Shown one piece after another: positions 38,226-48,042 of a stretch of DNA of 64,000 nt (position 1 is the first letter of the stretch; each line of letters opens with the position of its first letter). Source of the stretch: Patescibacteria group bacterium (GTDB lineage Bacteria; Patescibacteriota; Microgenomatia; JBGSIU01); contig JBGSIU010000044.1 of assembly GCA_041742375.1 (NCBI GenBank), positions 2,161 to 66,160 on the forward strand. Direction: 5' to 3'. Below the pieces are notes generated by a model. It saw only the letters and a list, made by a program, of their open reading frames with translations. It searched no databases and was not told the origin of the DNA. The translations under genes and the position numbers were made by a program.

Positions 38226-39155
38226 ATGGAACACAATATTAGCATAATAATCCCCATATATAATGAAGAGAAAGGTATCGATCGGCTTGTTAAAAATCTC
38301 AATGCATATTTTCAAAAGCACGCGAACTTAGAACCAGAAGTTATTTTTGTTGACGATGGATCAAGTGATAATTCGGTTAAAGCGATAAAAAAACTGAAAC
38401 ACGTAAATTATTCGGCAAAGCTTATCAAACTCACAAGAAATTACGGATCCCACTTGGCAATTCGTGCGGGGATACAAGTTGCCGCCGCGTCTGTGGTGAC
38501 GTTCATTTCAAGTGACCTTCAGGATCCGCTTTCATTAATCGGCAACATGTATGCTGAAATGAAAGAGGGCAATGATTTAATTTGGGCAAAAAGAAGAAAA
38601 ATCGAAAACAAATTTATCGCCAATTTTTCGACAAAACTTTATGCGAAATTAATGAAACTTTTTGTATTTTGTGATTTTCCCGAAAATGGATTCGATGTGG
38701 TTATGTTTAGCGATAAAATCAAAAATGAACTTAATCGAAATATTGAAGCAAACTCATCAATTTTTTTACAAATTATGAATATGGGTTTTCATAGCTCAAC
38801 AATTACATATGATAAAAAAGCGCGACAGATCGGCGGCTCAAAATGGAATTTCTCAAAAAAAATCAAATTATTAATCGATTCATTCGTGTCATTTTCTTAT
38901 GCGCCGATTAGGTTTGTGAGTGTGATGGGGCTAGTTCTTTCGACAGTGGGTTTTATCTGGGCGATATATATTTCCTTGAGGGCAATCATGTCAGGGAATT
39001 TAAATCCGGGATGGCCATCTTTAATTGCGATTTTAACCATTGGTTTTGGCGTGACCAATCTTTCGCTCGGGATTATCGCCGAATATTTATGGCGAACCCT
39101 AGATATTTCAAGAAAAAGAAGCGCCTTCTTAATCGATGAAATGATAAATCTATGA
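38226..39155 (+). CDS. GT2 polyprenol-phosphate glycosyltransferase with C-terminal TM helices (ArnC/GtrB/DPM1-like)
   Basis: 'ISIIIPIYNEEKGIDRLV...VIFVDDGSSDNS' and two C-terminal TM helices 'GLVLSTVGFIWAIYI...LIAILTIGFGVTNLSLGIIAEY'. Confidence 0.8.
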   Translation: MEHNISIIIPIYNEEKGIDRLVKNLNAYFQKHANLEPEVIFVDDGSSDNSVKAIKKLKHVNYSAKLIKLTRNYGSHLAIRAGIQVAAASVVTFISSDLQDPLSLIGNMYAEMKEGNDLIWAKRRKIENKFIANFSTKLYAKLMKLFVFCDFPENGFDVVMFSDKIKNELNRNIEANSSIFLQIMNMGFHSSTITYDKKARQIGGSKWNFSKKIKLLIDSFVSFSYAPIRFVSVMGLVLSTVGFIWAIYISLRAIMSGNLNPGWPSLIAILTIGFGVTNLSLGIIAEYLWRTLDISRKRSAFLIDEMINL

Positions 39156-40147
39156 AAAAACAAAAAATATTAATCACAGGTGGGGCCGGTTTTATCGGCT
39201 CTCACCTTGTCGATGAGCTTCTTGCAAAAAATTACATTGTGATCTGTTTAGATAATTTAGTAAATGGCTCTTTGAGTAATTTAAAAACTGCCCTGACTAA
39301 CCCAAATTTTCAATTTATCAAAGGAGATATTTTAAAAGAGCAGGACGCCTTAAAATCAACAAAAATAGTAGATATCGTGTTTCATTTGGCATGCCTTGGC
39401 GTTCGCCATTCGATCCATAGTCCGCTTGCGAATCATCGCGTGAATGCCGAAGGAACACTACGGATGCTTCAGGCGGCAAGAGTAAATAAAATAAAAAAAT
39501 TTTTTTATATCTCGAGTTCTGAAATCTATGGCGACGTGAAGCATTTCCCGATCGCGGAAGATTATGTCCCGGCACCAACTACGATATACGGCGCCAGTAA
39601 GCTTGCCGGCGAACATTATTCGATTGCATATAATAAATGTTACGGTTTAAAGACGACGATTCTGAGAATTTTTAATAACTATGGTCCGCGTGCCCATTAT
39701 GAAAGTGATGCCGGAGAAATTATTCCAAGAACAATTGTGATGGCCATATATAATAAACCACCAACGGTTTTTGGTGACGGGAAAACCACCCGTGATTATT
39801 TTTATGTGAGAGATACGGTGCGGGCGCTGGCTGACTTAATTAATTATCCCAATCTAACCGGTGAAATAATCAATATTGGCGCGGGGCTGGAAACGAAAAT
39901 AATCGATATTGTTAGAAAGATATTAAACTTGATGGATAAACAAAATCTTGAAATCATCCATGCCGGCAACCGCCCGGCTGATTTACCGAGATTGTGGGTT
40001 AATGCCAATAAATTTTATGAAATGACGCGTTTTGCACCGGCTTATGATTTCGAACAAGGCTTAAAAGAAACAATTGTTTATTATAAAAAATTATCTCAAG
40101 GAAAATTATTATATAAAAAAATTAAATTAAGAAACTGGGAGAAATAA
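39152..40147 (+). CDS. NAD-dependent nucleotide-sugar epimerase/dehydratase
   Basis: 'ILITGGAGFIGSHLVDELL', 'YGASKLAGE'. Confidence 0.85.
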   Translation: MKKQKILITGGAGFIGSHLVDELLAKNYIVICLDNLVNGSLSNLKTALTNPNFQFIKGDILKEQDALKSTKIVDIVFHLACLGVRHSIHSPLANHRVNAEGTLRMLQAARVNKIKKFFYISSSEIYGDVKHFPIAEDYVPAPTTIYGASKLAGEHYSIAYNKCYGLKTTILRIFNNYGPRAHYESDAGEIIPRTIVMAIYNKPPTVFGDGKTTRDYFYVRDTVRALADLINYPNLTGEIINIGAGLETKIIDIVRKILNLMDKQNLEIIHAGNRPADLPRLWVNANKFYEMTRFAPAYDFEQGLKETIVYYKKLSQGKLLYKKIKLRNWEK

Positions 40148-40148
40148 T

Positions 40149-41903
40149 ATGATTCCTGTCGCAAAACCATATTTGACAAAAACGGAGGCAGAAACGGCGG
40201 CGGATGTGATTCTGTCGGGATGGGTAACGCAAGGATCTAAAGTTGAAGAATTTGAAAAGAAATTCGCGAGCTTTGTCGGATCAAAATATGCCGTTTGTGT
40301 TTCAAACTGCACCGCCGCTCTCCATTTGTCGCTCATCGTTTCAGGTGTCCGCGCGGGTGATGAGATCATCTGTCCTTCGATGAGTTTTATTGCAACGGCA
40401 AATTCTATTCGTCACGCGGGAGGAGTTCCGGTTTTCGCAGATTGTGAAAAAGAAACATACAATATCGACCCAATAAGCGCAGAAAAATTAATCACCAAGA
40501 GAACAAAAGGTATTTTAATCGTCCATCAGATGGGTTGGCCGGCCGATATTGATGCCTTTAAAAAAATTTGCCTGAAGCATAGTCTCGTTCTAATAGAAGA
40601 TGCGGCCTGTGCCGTCGGCTCAGAATATAAAGGTAAAAAAATAGGTTCACATTCTGATTTGGTTTGTTTTTCATTCCATCCGAGAAAAGTAATCACGACT
40701 GGCGACGGGGGCATGATCACCACTTCAAACAAAGATTATTATGAGCGGCTAAAAAGATTAAGGCAACATGGAATGAGTGTGAATGACAGAGAGCGTCATT
40801 TTTCAAACAGGATTATTAATGAAGATTATCTTGAACTCGGTTATAACTATAGAATGACAGATATTCAGGCGGCCGTAGGCATTAAGCAACTTGAAAAGAT
40901 TAATTACTTGATTAAAGAGAGAACCAAATTGGCCGAGTTTTACAATAAAGCATTTGCAAAAACCGAAAAAATTATTTTGCCAAAAATTGATCCAAAAAAT
41001 AAACCAAACTTTCAGTCGTATCCGATCTATTTTGCCGGAATCAATGAAAACAAAAGAGATGAAATTATGCAAAAACTACTTGATGTGGGAATCAGTACTC
41101 GGCGCGGAATAATGCTTGCTCATAAAACATCCGCATATTGTAAATATAAACTTCGTGGCAAACTGTCTGCTTCCGAAGATTTATCATCAAAAAGCATTCT
41201 TTTGCCGCTTTATAACGGTTTTACAAAAAATGAAGCAAGCTTTGTTATTAAAAATTTGAAAAAAACGCTTGAGATAAACGAAACGGATAGATTTCAAAGT
41301 CTAAAAGGAAGAATGCCCCAAATTTTAGAACGACCTTTTCTTTATAATTTGATTCAAGATATTTTAGGTTATGGGTCAGAAAAACTTATTTTAAAAAAGC
41401 TAAAAGAAATATTTAGATTCGTCTCGCCAGATGAGAATATTCTTGATGTTGGGTGCGGACCAAGCTCCCGACTGTGGAAGCTTGGGTATAAACCTTTTGG
41501 TCTTGATATTTCAAAATCATATGTGTCAGAGTTTAATAAAACATGCGACAAAGCAAAACTTGGATCTGCCGACACCCTTCCTTTTAAAAAACAAGAATTT
41601 AAAATAGTTTGGTCGTTTGGTTTACTTCATCATTTGGAAGATAACGTTGCTCGAAAATCTATTTTAGAAATGATAAGGGTGTGTAAAAAAAATGGAGAGG
41701 TATTAATTTTTGACGCAGTTTTACCTGTTTCTTTTTGGTTTTATCCTTTTGCTTCTATAATTCGAAAATTTGACAGAGGATGCTATATGCGAACAGAAGC
41801 AGATTTTGACAGTATTCTTCCCCAAAAATCCAAATGGGAAAAAGAAAGGTATATTTATGCCAAAACGGGCCTTGAGCTTTTGATTCTGACTTATAGAAAA
41901 TAA
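40149..41903 (+). CDS. Fusion protein: N-terminal DegT-family aminotransferase, C-terminal class I SAM methyltransferase
   Basis: Residues ~1-370 are DegT-like. Residues ~400-584 contain 'ILDVGCGPSSRLWKLGYKPFGLDIS...GLLHHLED'. Confidence 0.75.
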   Translation: MIPVAKPYLTKTEAETAADVILSGWVTQGSKVEEFEKKFASFVGSKYAVCVSNCTAALHLSLIVSGVRAGDEIICPSMSFIATANSIRHAGGVPVFADCEKETYNIDPISAEKLITKRTKGILIVHQMGWPADIDAFKKICLKHSLVLIEDAACAVGSEYKGKKIGSHSDLVCFSFHPRKVITTGDGGMITTSNKDYYERLKRLRQHGMSVNDRERHFSNRIINEDYLELGYNYRMTDIQAAVGIKQLEKINYLIKERTKLAEFYNKAFAKTEKIILPKIDPKNKPNFQSYPIYFAGINENKRDEIMQKLLDVGISTRRGIMLAHKTSAYCKYKLRGKLSASEDLSSKSILLPLYNGFTKNEASFVIKNLKKTLEINETDRFQSLKGRMPQILERPFLYNLIQDILGYGSEKLILKKLKEIFRFVSPDENILDVGCGPSSRLWKLGYKPFGLDISKSYVSEFNKTCDKAKLGSADTLPFKKQEFKIVWSFGLLHHLEDNVARKSILEMIRVCKKNGEVLIFDAVLPVSFWFYPFASIIRKFDRGCYMRTEADFDSILPQKSKWEKERYIYAKTGLELLILTYRK

Positions 41904-41908
41904 AATAC

Positions 41909-42775
41909 ATGCAAAAATTAATTTTAGGTTCAGCTCAATTTGGACTGAATTATGGGATTAATAACAAAAACGGAAAAATTAAAATACCTGAAGTTTTCAA
42001 AATTCTTGATTACGCCATATCTCATGGAATTAAAGAAATCGACACGGCAACTGCCTACGGGAATGCTCAGCAAGTTATCGGTGAATATCTGAGAAAAAGA
42101 AAGCAGAGATTAAAAATCATAACAAAATGCAGTGGAACAAATGCTTCAGAGATAGAAAATGAAGTAAATACCAGTTTATCAAACCTAGGAATGGAGAAAA
42201 TCCACGGACTTCTAATTCACAAATTCGATAGTTATAAAAGAAATAAAGAAATATATAAAAAATTAATCGCATTAAAAAGAGAAAAATGTGTTGATAAAAT
42301 TGGTTTCTCTCTATATTTTCCGAAAGAAGCAGAATATTTGTTAAAACAAAAAATACCCATTGATATTTTGGAAATTCCGTATAACCTTTTTGACAGAAGA
42401 TTTGAGGTTTTGTTTAAAGAGTTTAAACGTAAAAAAATTAAAATTTACGCACGATCTATTTTTTTACAGGGACTTTTTTTTAAGAAAGAAAATGAGCTTG
42501 GAGTTTTTTTCAAGAGGATGGGAGACAGAATAAAATCTCTAAATGAAATTGCGTATAAAAATAGTTTGCCGCTTTCAGTAATTTGTCTTAATTTTGTTCA
42601 ACTAAATAAAAATATAGATAAGATATTGGTTGGGGTTGACAGCTTGGACAATCTAAAAGAAAATGCTGAGGCATTCAATGCAGTTAAAAAAGTAAAACGG
42701 ATATATAATGATTTGCTATGTCTAAAATTAGATAACGAAAAAATTATACTTCCTATTAATTGGGAAAAAACATGA
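41909..42775 (+). CDS. Aldo/keto reductase family oxidoreductase
   Basis: 'LILGSAQFGLNYGINNKNGK...IDTATAYGNAQQVIGE'. Confidence 0.65.
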   Translation: MQKLILGSAQFGLNYGINNKNGKIKIPEVFKILDYAISHGIKEIDTATAYGNAQQVIGEYLRKRKQRLKIITKCSGTNASEIENEVNTSLSNLGMEKIHGLLIHKFDSYKRNKEIYKKLIALKREKCVDKIGFSLYFPKEAEYLLKQKIPIDILEIPYNLFDRRFEVLFKEFKRKKIKIYARSIFLQGLFFKKENELGVFFKRMGDRIKSLNEIAYKNSLPLSVICLNFVQLNKNIDKILVGVDSLDNLKENAEAFNAVKKVKRIYNDLLCLKLDNEKIILPINWEKT

Positions 42776-43548
42776 AAATAAAAAATTTAGCAATTATTCA
42801 AGCTCGAGTTAGGTCAACAAGGTTGCCGGGAAAAGTGTTGCTGAAAATTTTTGACAAAACAATTCTTGAACATGTCGTAAGCCGTATTAAAAAATGTAGA
42901 TTAGTTAATCTTGTTGTCGTTGCAACAACAACAAATAGTGCTGATTCAAAAATAGCGTCTTTATGTAAAAAAAACAAAATCCCCATTTACCGAGGAAGTG
43001 AAGAAGATGTGCTGGACAGATATTATCAAGTGGCAAAGCTATATCACGCAAAAAATATTATTCGTATCACCTCGGATTGCCCATTGATAGACCCAATAAT
43101 AATTGATGATGTAATTAACGCTCATCTGAAATACAAAGTTGATTACACGTCAAACACTCTTCTCGAAAAATTTCCGGACGGAGAAGATATAGAGATTTTT
43201 AAATTTGCGACGCTTGAAAAAGCCTGGGTAAATGCAAAACTTAAATCAGAAAGAGAGCATGTTACGCCATATATGAGAAAACATTGTGAAATTTTTAAAC
43301 TTCATAGTGTTGGAGCTAAAAAAGATTATAGTGGAAAAAGATGGACACTTGATGAAGCAAAGGATTTTTTATTTATTGAAAAAATATATAAATATTTATA
43401 TAAAAATAGCAATTATTTCGGAATGAAAGAAATTTTGAAGTTATTATATATACGCCCCGAACTAGAAAGAATAAATTCAAATATTACCAGGAATGAAGGC
43501 TATCTCAAATCTTTGCAAAACGATAAAATAGTGAAAAATATATTATGA
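42772..43548 (+). CDS. Cytidylyltransferase of the SpsF/FlmC (CMP-KDO synthetase-like) family
   Basis: 'LAIIQARVRSTRLPGKVLLKI'. The ATG at 42772 gives an ATGA overlap with the upstream stop; the ORF-track start at 42760 is TTG. Confidence 0.7.
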   Translation: MKIKNLAIIQARVRSTRLPGKVLLKIFDKTILEHVVSRIKKCRLVNLVVVATTTNSADSKIASLCKKNKIPIYRGSEEDVLDRYYQVAKLYHAKNIIRITSDCPLIDPIIIDDVINAHLKYKVDYTSNTLLEKFPDGEDIEIFKFATLEKAWVNAKLKSEREHVTPYMRKHCEIFKLHSVGAKKDYSGKRWTLDEAKDFLFIEKIYKYLYKNSNYFGMKEILKLLYIRPELERINSNITRNEGYLKSLQNDKIVKNIL

Positions 43549-44855
43549 ACAAAACGCAAAAATTATACGAAGAGGCGAAGAAAATAATTCCCGGAGGTAC
43601 TCAGCTTTTGTCAAAACGCCAAGAGATGTATGCTCCGGGATTGTGGCCGGCATATTATAAAAAAGCTAAAGGTTGCGAGGTTTGGGATCTAGATGGAAAA
43701 AAATATTTAGACATGAGTTCAATGGGTATTGGTTCATGTATCCTGGGCTATGCCGACCCAGATGTTAACAGGCAGGTAAAAAGAGCAATTGATAAAGCTT
43801 CGATAACCACATTAAACTGTTTTGAGGAAGTTGAATTGGCAAAAATTTTGCTTGACCTTCATCCTTGGGCAGAAAAAGTCAGATTTGCGAGGTGTGGTGG
43901 TGAAGCGATGGCCATTGCGGTTCGAATTGCACGAGCAAAAACAAAGAAAGATGTTGTTTTATTTTGTGGCTATCACGGATGGCATGATTGGTATCTTTCG
44001 GCTAATTTAGCGGACGATAAAAATCTTGACGGTCATCTGCTCGCCGGTTTGAATCCTCTGGGTGTGCCGCGAGGACTTAAAGGAACAGCAATTCCTTTTC
44101 AATATAATAATGCGAAAGAATTTATAAGAGTTTTTAAAGAAAATATAAATAATGTAGGGGCAATTATTCTTGAGCCGATTAGAAATATTTACCCACACAA
44201 AGAATTTATCGACAAGATTCATACAGTCTGCCTTCAATATTCAATTCCGTTGATTGTCGACGAAGTTTCAACCGGATTCAGGCTTTGTCTTGGCGGCGCA
44301 CATCTTATTTTGGGCATTAAACCAGATATCGCGGTCTTTGCCAAAGCCATGAGTAACGGTTTTCCCATGGGAGCAATCATTGGGAAAAAGAATGTTATGA
44401 ATATCGCTCAGGATACATTCATAAGCAGTACATACTGGACTGAAAGAATTGGCCCAACTGCGGCAATTGCCACCATAAGTAAAATGAAAGCCCGTAAGGT
44501 AGATTCTCATTTAAAAAAGATTGGAGAATTAATCATGGAAGGCTGGAAAAAGGCAGCTAAAAAAAATAATATCAAAATTCATATTTCAGGATTTGCAACT
44601 CTTTCCCACTTTGATTTTGTTTGCGAGAACAAACTTGCGGCAAAAACATTTTTTGTGCAGGAAATGTTGAAAAAAGGATTTCTTGCAACAAACGGATTTT
44701 ATCCTTCGTTTGCTCATAAGGAAAAGCATGTGAAACGATACCTTTCAGCTTTAAATTTAGTATTTATCGGATTATCCGCTTCTCTTAAAAAAAGAGATTT
44801 GGCAAAAAGACTAAAGGGTCAGGTTTGTCAATCCGGATTTCAAAGATTAAATTAA
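43545..44855 (+). CDS. Class III PLP aminotransferase (glutamate-1-semialdehyde aminomutase-like)
   Basis: 436 aa with 'GYADPDVNRQVKRAI', 'VDEVSTGFRL' and 'AKAMSNGFPMGA' (PLP lysine region). Confidence 0.8.
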   Translation: MNKTQKLYEEAKKIIPGGTQLLSKRQEMYAPGLWPAYYKKAKGCEVWDLDGKKYLDMSSMGIGSCILGYADPDVNRQVKRAIDKASITTLNCFEEVELAKILLDLHPWAEKVRFARCGGEAMAIAVRIARAKTKKDVVLFCGYHGWHDWYLSANLADDKNLDGHLLAGLNPLGVPRGLKGTAIPFQYNNAKEFIRVFKENINNVGAIILEPIRNIYPHKEFIDKIHTVCLQYSIPLIVDEVSTGFRLCLGGAHLILGIKPDIAVFAKAMSNGFPMGAIIGKKNVMNIAQDTFISSTYWTERIGPTAAIATISKMKARKVDSHLKKIGELIMEGWKKAAKKNNIKIHISGFATLSHFDFVCENKLAAKTFFVQEMLKKGFLATNGFYPSFAHKEKHVKRYLSALNLVFIGLSASLKKRDLAKRLKGQVCQSGFQRLN

Positions 44856-44858
44856 ATT

Positions 44859-45935
44859 ATGCTTGAAATAGTTGAAAAAAAACATCGTAATTTCAATAAA
44901 ATGTGGAATTCCTATCTCCAAACCAATCCGACGGTTTCCTGGCGATATTTAAATGACTGGATTGTCTACCAAAAAGAGTATTCAAAATCGTTTCAAAAAG
45001 ACTTATCGTTTTTGATTAAAGAAGGACAGAATGTTTTAGCAATTTGCCCTTTGCTGATAGAGAATAATAATTCACATTTTCAAGCTTCATCAGGGGATGA
45101 TTATATGCCGTCGCCCGATGTTTCAATGAAATATGACAAAAAATTCAGAAAAAAAATAGAAAATTTTTGTTTTTACCAAATAGATCATTATGCGAAAACA
45201 AAAAAAATTAAAAAAATAAAGATGATGACAGATCCTTGTTCACAGAATTGGGATTTTAATCATTTAACGCAATACGGTTTTCTTGATTCGTCAATCGCCA
45301 CGGAAATTATAGATTTACGTAATTCAGTTTCTGAGATAAAAAGTTCCTTTAGGTCAAGTTATAAATCAATTATTAATCAATCATCAAAAATATATCAAAT
45401 TAAAATAATCGATTGTAAAAATCCGGAATATCAAATTCATGAAGAATATAGAAAATTACACCATAAATCAGCCGGCAGAATTACCAGAAATATAAAAACT
45501 TTTGATCTGCAGTTTGAATTGTTAAAAAAAGACAACGCGATGCTTATAGGTTTAATGTTTGAAAAGAAATTTATTGCCTTCAGCTATTTTTTCCATCATA
45601 ATAGAAATATTTATTATGCATCGTCTTCCGACAACCCCAATTTTAAAGTAAAAGTACCAATTGAACACCTAATCATTTGGTCGGCGATTGAATATTACGT
45701 AAACCGAAAGTTTTCAAAAATGGAGATTGGTTGGCAGCAATTCGGTCCCCAACTTTTTGATTTTCCATCGAACAAAGATATTAATATTTCCTTTTTTAAG
45801 CGCGGATTTGGAGGATCAACAGTTTCTCTATTCCGAGGGGTTAAATATTACGAAACAGGCTTGATGAAAAGAGAAATTAATGAGCAATCAGAAAAAATAA
45901 TTCAGTTATATGAAAAAACAAAACGTAAAAAATAG
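44859..45935 (+). CDS. Hypothetical protein, possibly a FemAB-like/acyl-CoA N-acyltransferase fold
   Basis: 358 aa, soluble, no strong motif recognised. Assigned by context only. Confidence 0.3.
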   Translation: MLEIVEKKHRNFNKMWNSYLQTNPTVSWRYLNDWIVYQKEYSKSFQKDLSFLIKEGQNVLAICPLLIENNNSHFQASSGDDYMPSPDVSMKYDKKFRKKIENFCFYQIDHYAKTKKIKKIKMMTDPCSQNWDFNHLTQYGFLDSSIATEIIDLRNSVSEIKSSFRSSYKSIINQSSKIYQIKIIDCKNPEYQIHEEYRKLHHKSAGRITRNIKTFDLQFELLKKDNAMLIGLMFEKKFIAFSYFFHHNRNIYYASSSDNPNFKVKVPIEHLIIWSAIEYYVNRKFSKMEIGWQQFGPQLFDFPSNKDINISFFKRGFGGSTVSLFRGVKYYETGLMKREINEQSEKIIQLYEKTKRKK

Positions 45936-46629
45936 TCCGGAAAAGTGGTACGAAAATTCATATCAGGAAATGGGTGATTCCGCTCAAAGGAAATACCCAA
46001 ATGAAGAATTGATCAGATTTCTAGGTCGGGATTTTTTTGGAACAAACAAAAAAGTCAGGCAAAAAATTAAAATGCTTGAAGTTGGTTGTGGAATGGGAGC
46101 AAATTTATGGCCGATTGCTCGCGAGGGATTCAGCACTTACGGGATTGACATTTCAGAAAAATCAATTAAATTAGCGAGAAAATATCTTATGTCTTGGGGA
46201 GTAAATGCCGATTTAAGAAAAGCGAACATGGTCAAACTTCCATACAAACAGAATTTCTTTGAGGTTGTCTTTGACGTATTTTCGTCTTATTGTTTAACAA
46301 CGAAAGAATACGAAATTTTTTTACATGAAGTCAGAAGAGTTCTTAAAAAAGGAGGGAAATTTTTTTCCTACACTCCTTCTGTAACGTCACAAGCATTTAT
46401 CAATTATTTGCCATCTGAAAAAATTGATGAGTTTACAATAAATGGTATTAAAAGAAAAACCTCCCCTTTCTATGGAAATGATTATCCATGTCGTTTCACC
46501 AATCAATTTTATCTTGCAAAAAAGCTTAAAGAAAATAATTTTAAAATAGAATATTTAGAAACAGTGTCCAGAAGTTATAATTCTCAATCGGAGAATTTTG
46601 ATTTTCTAGTTGTTGTTGCAATTAAATGA
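45910..46629 (+). CDS. Class I SAM-dependent methyltransferase
   Basis: 'MLEVGCGMGANLWPIAREGFSTYGIDISEKSIKLARK'. Confidence 0.75.
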   Translation: MKKQNVKNSPEKWYENSYQEMGDSAQRKYPNEELIRFLGRDFFGTNKKVRQKIKMLEVGCGMGANLWPIAREGFSTYGIDISEKSIKLARKYLMSWGVNADLRKANMVKLPYKQNFFEVVFDVFSSYCLTTKEYEIFLHEVRRVLKKGGKFFSYTPSVTSQAFINYLPSEKIDEFTINGIKRKTSPFYGNDYPCRFTNQFYLAKKLKENNFKIEYLETVSRSYNSQSENFDFLVVVAIK

Positions 46630-46663
46630 AAAAAACACATATATTATCCGTTGTGTGAATAAT

Positions 46664-47344
46664 ATGAAAAATAATATTCTTATCATTGCCGCTCATCCGG
46701 ATGATGAAGTTTTAGGCTGTGGTGGAACAATTGCGAGATTGTCGTCTGAAGGACAGGAAGTCAATGTTTTGATTTTGGGTGAAGGAATTACCGCAAGAGA
46801 CAGAAGACGAAACTCAGCAAAAAGAAAAAAAGAGATATGGACTCTGCATAAGCAAACGGATAAGGCAAATTTACTTCTCGGGGTAAAGAAAGTCATAAAT
46901 CTTGGTCTTCCCGACAATAGATTTGATGAACTTCCGCTTATTGAAATCGTGAAAAAAATTGAAGAAGTGAAAAATAAAATTAATCCAAAAGTTATTTTTA
47001 CCCACTATAGAAATGATTTGAATATAGACCACAGGACAACATACAGAGCAGTTATAACTGCAACACGACCGATTAAAGGAGAACTTGTCCAAGAAATATA
47101 TTCTTTTGAAACAATTTCATCCACTGAATGGAATTTTCCGCAAACATTTTCACCAAACGTTTTTTTTGATATTTCAAAATTTATCGATATCAAAATAAAA
47201 GCCATGGAGCAGTATCTAAGCGAAATCAAGAAAAACATCCATCCGCGCTCTTCAAGAGGAATAAAACTCGAAGCCGAAAGTCATGGAATTAAAACTGGCT
47301 TCGATTTTGTCGAGGCCTTTGAAGCAGTTAGGATCATGAAATGA
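46664..47344 (+). CDS. PIG-L/LmbE-family N-acetyl-sugar deacetylase
   Basis: 'ILIIAAHPDDEVLGCGGTIARL'. The ATG at 46664 is preferred; the ORF-track start at 46610 overlaps the upstream gene. Confidence 0.8.
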   Translation: MKNNILIIAAHPDDEVLGCGGTIARLSSEGQEVNVLILGEGITARDRRRNSAKRKKEIWTLHKQTDKANLLLGVKKVINLGLPDNRFDELPLIEIVKKIEEVKNKINPKVIFTHYRNDLNIDHRTTYRAVITATRPIKGELVQEIYSFETISSTEWNFPQTFSPNVFFDISKFIDIKIKAMEQYLSEIKKNIHPRSSRGIKLEAESHGIKTGFDFVEAFEAVRIMK

Positions 47345-48042
47345 ATACTATTTTGATTGTCACTATTAAATCTTGGAACATAAAAAATGCGCGAATTTTA
47401 AAACAAAAATTGAGTAAAAAGATAAAAGTAGAGATAATAACCGAAAAAGACGGATTAACGATTGAAAAAGTAAAAAAAATAGCCCCAAAATACATTTTTT
47501 TCCCTCACTGGTCGTGGATTGTTCAAAAAGAAATTTACGAAAACTTTTTATGTGTCAATTTCCATGAAACAGATTTACCATTTGGCCGTGGTGGAAGTCC
47601 CCTGCAAAATTTAATTTCGCGAAAAATTTATAAAACAAAAATCACAGCCCATAAGATAACCAAAGAAATTGACGCAGGGGATATTTATCTTCAAACGGGA
47701 ATAAACATCAAGAGAGGATCAGCACAAGAGTTGTTTTCGAAAATATCTAAAATCATTTTTTTCAGAATGATAACCGAAATTTTAGAAAAAGGCCTTTATC
47801 CTGAACCGCAAAAAGGGAAAATCGTTATTTTCAAAAGGCGAAAATCAGAAGAAAGCAATTTGGCAGAATTTAACGGAAAAAGTCTAAATAATTTATATGA
47901 TTTTATCCGTATGCTCGATGCCGAAGGATATCCAAAAGCGTTTATTAAATTAAATAATATGAAAATTCTTTGCTCTGATGTAAAATACGCTCATAATTCC
48001 CTTTTGGGAAAATTTGAAGTAGTCAAAAATGAAACAAATTAA
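47341..48042 (+). CDS. Formyltransferase-family protein (Fmt/PurN-like catalytic domain)
   Basis: 'VNFHETDLPFGRGGSPLQNLI' matches the HxSLLPxxRG formyltransferase signature. Confidence 0.65.
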   Translation: MNTILIVTIKSWNIKNARILKQKLSKKIKVEIITEKDGLTIEKVKKIAPKYIFFPHWSWIVQKEIYENFLCVNFHETDLPFGRGGSPLQNLISRKIYKTKITAHKITKEIDAGDIYLQTGINIKRGSAQELFSKISKIIFFRMITEILEKGLYPEPQKGKIVIFKRRKSEESNLAEFNGKSLNNLYDFIRMLDAEGYPKAFIKLNNMKILCSDVKYAHNSLLGKFEVVKNETN

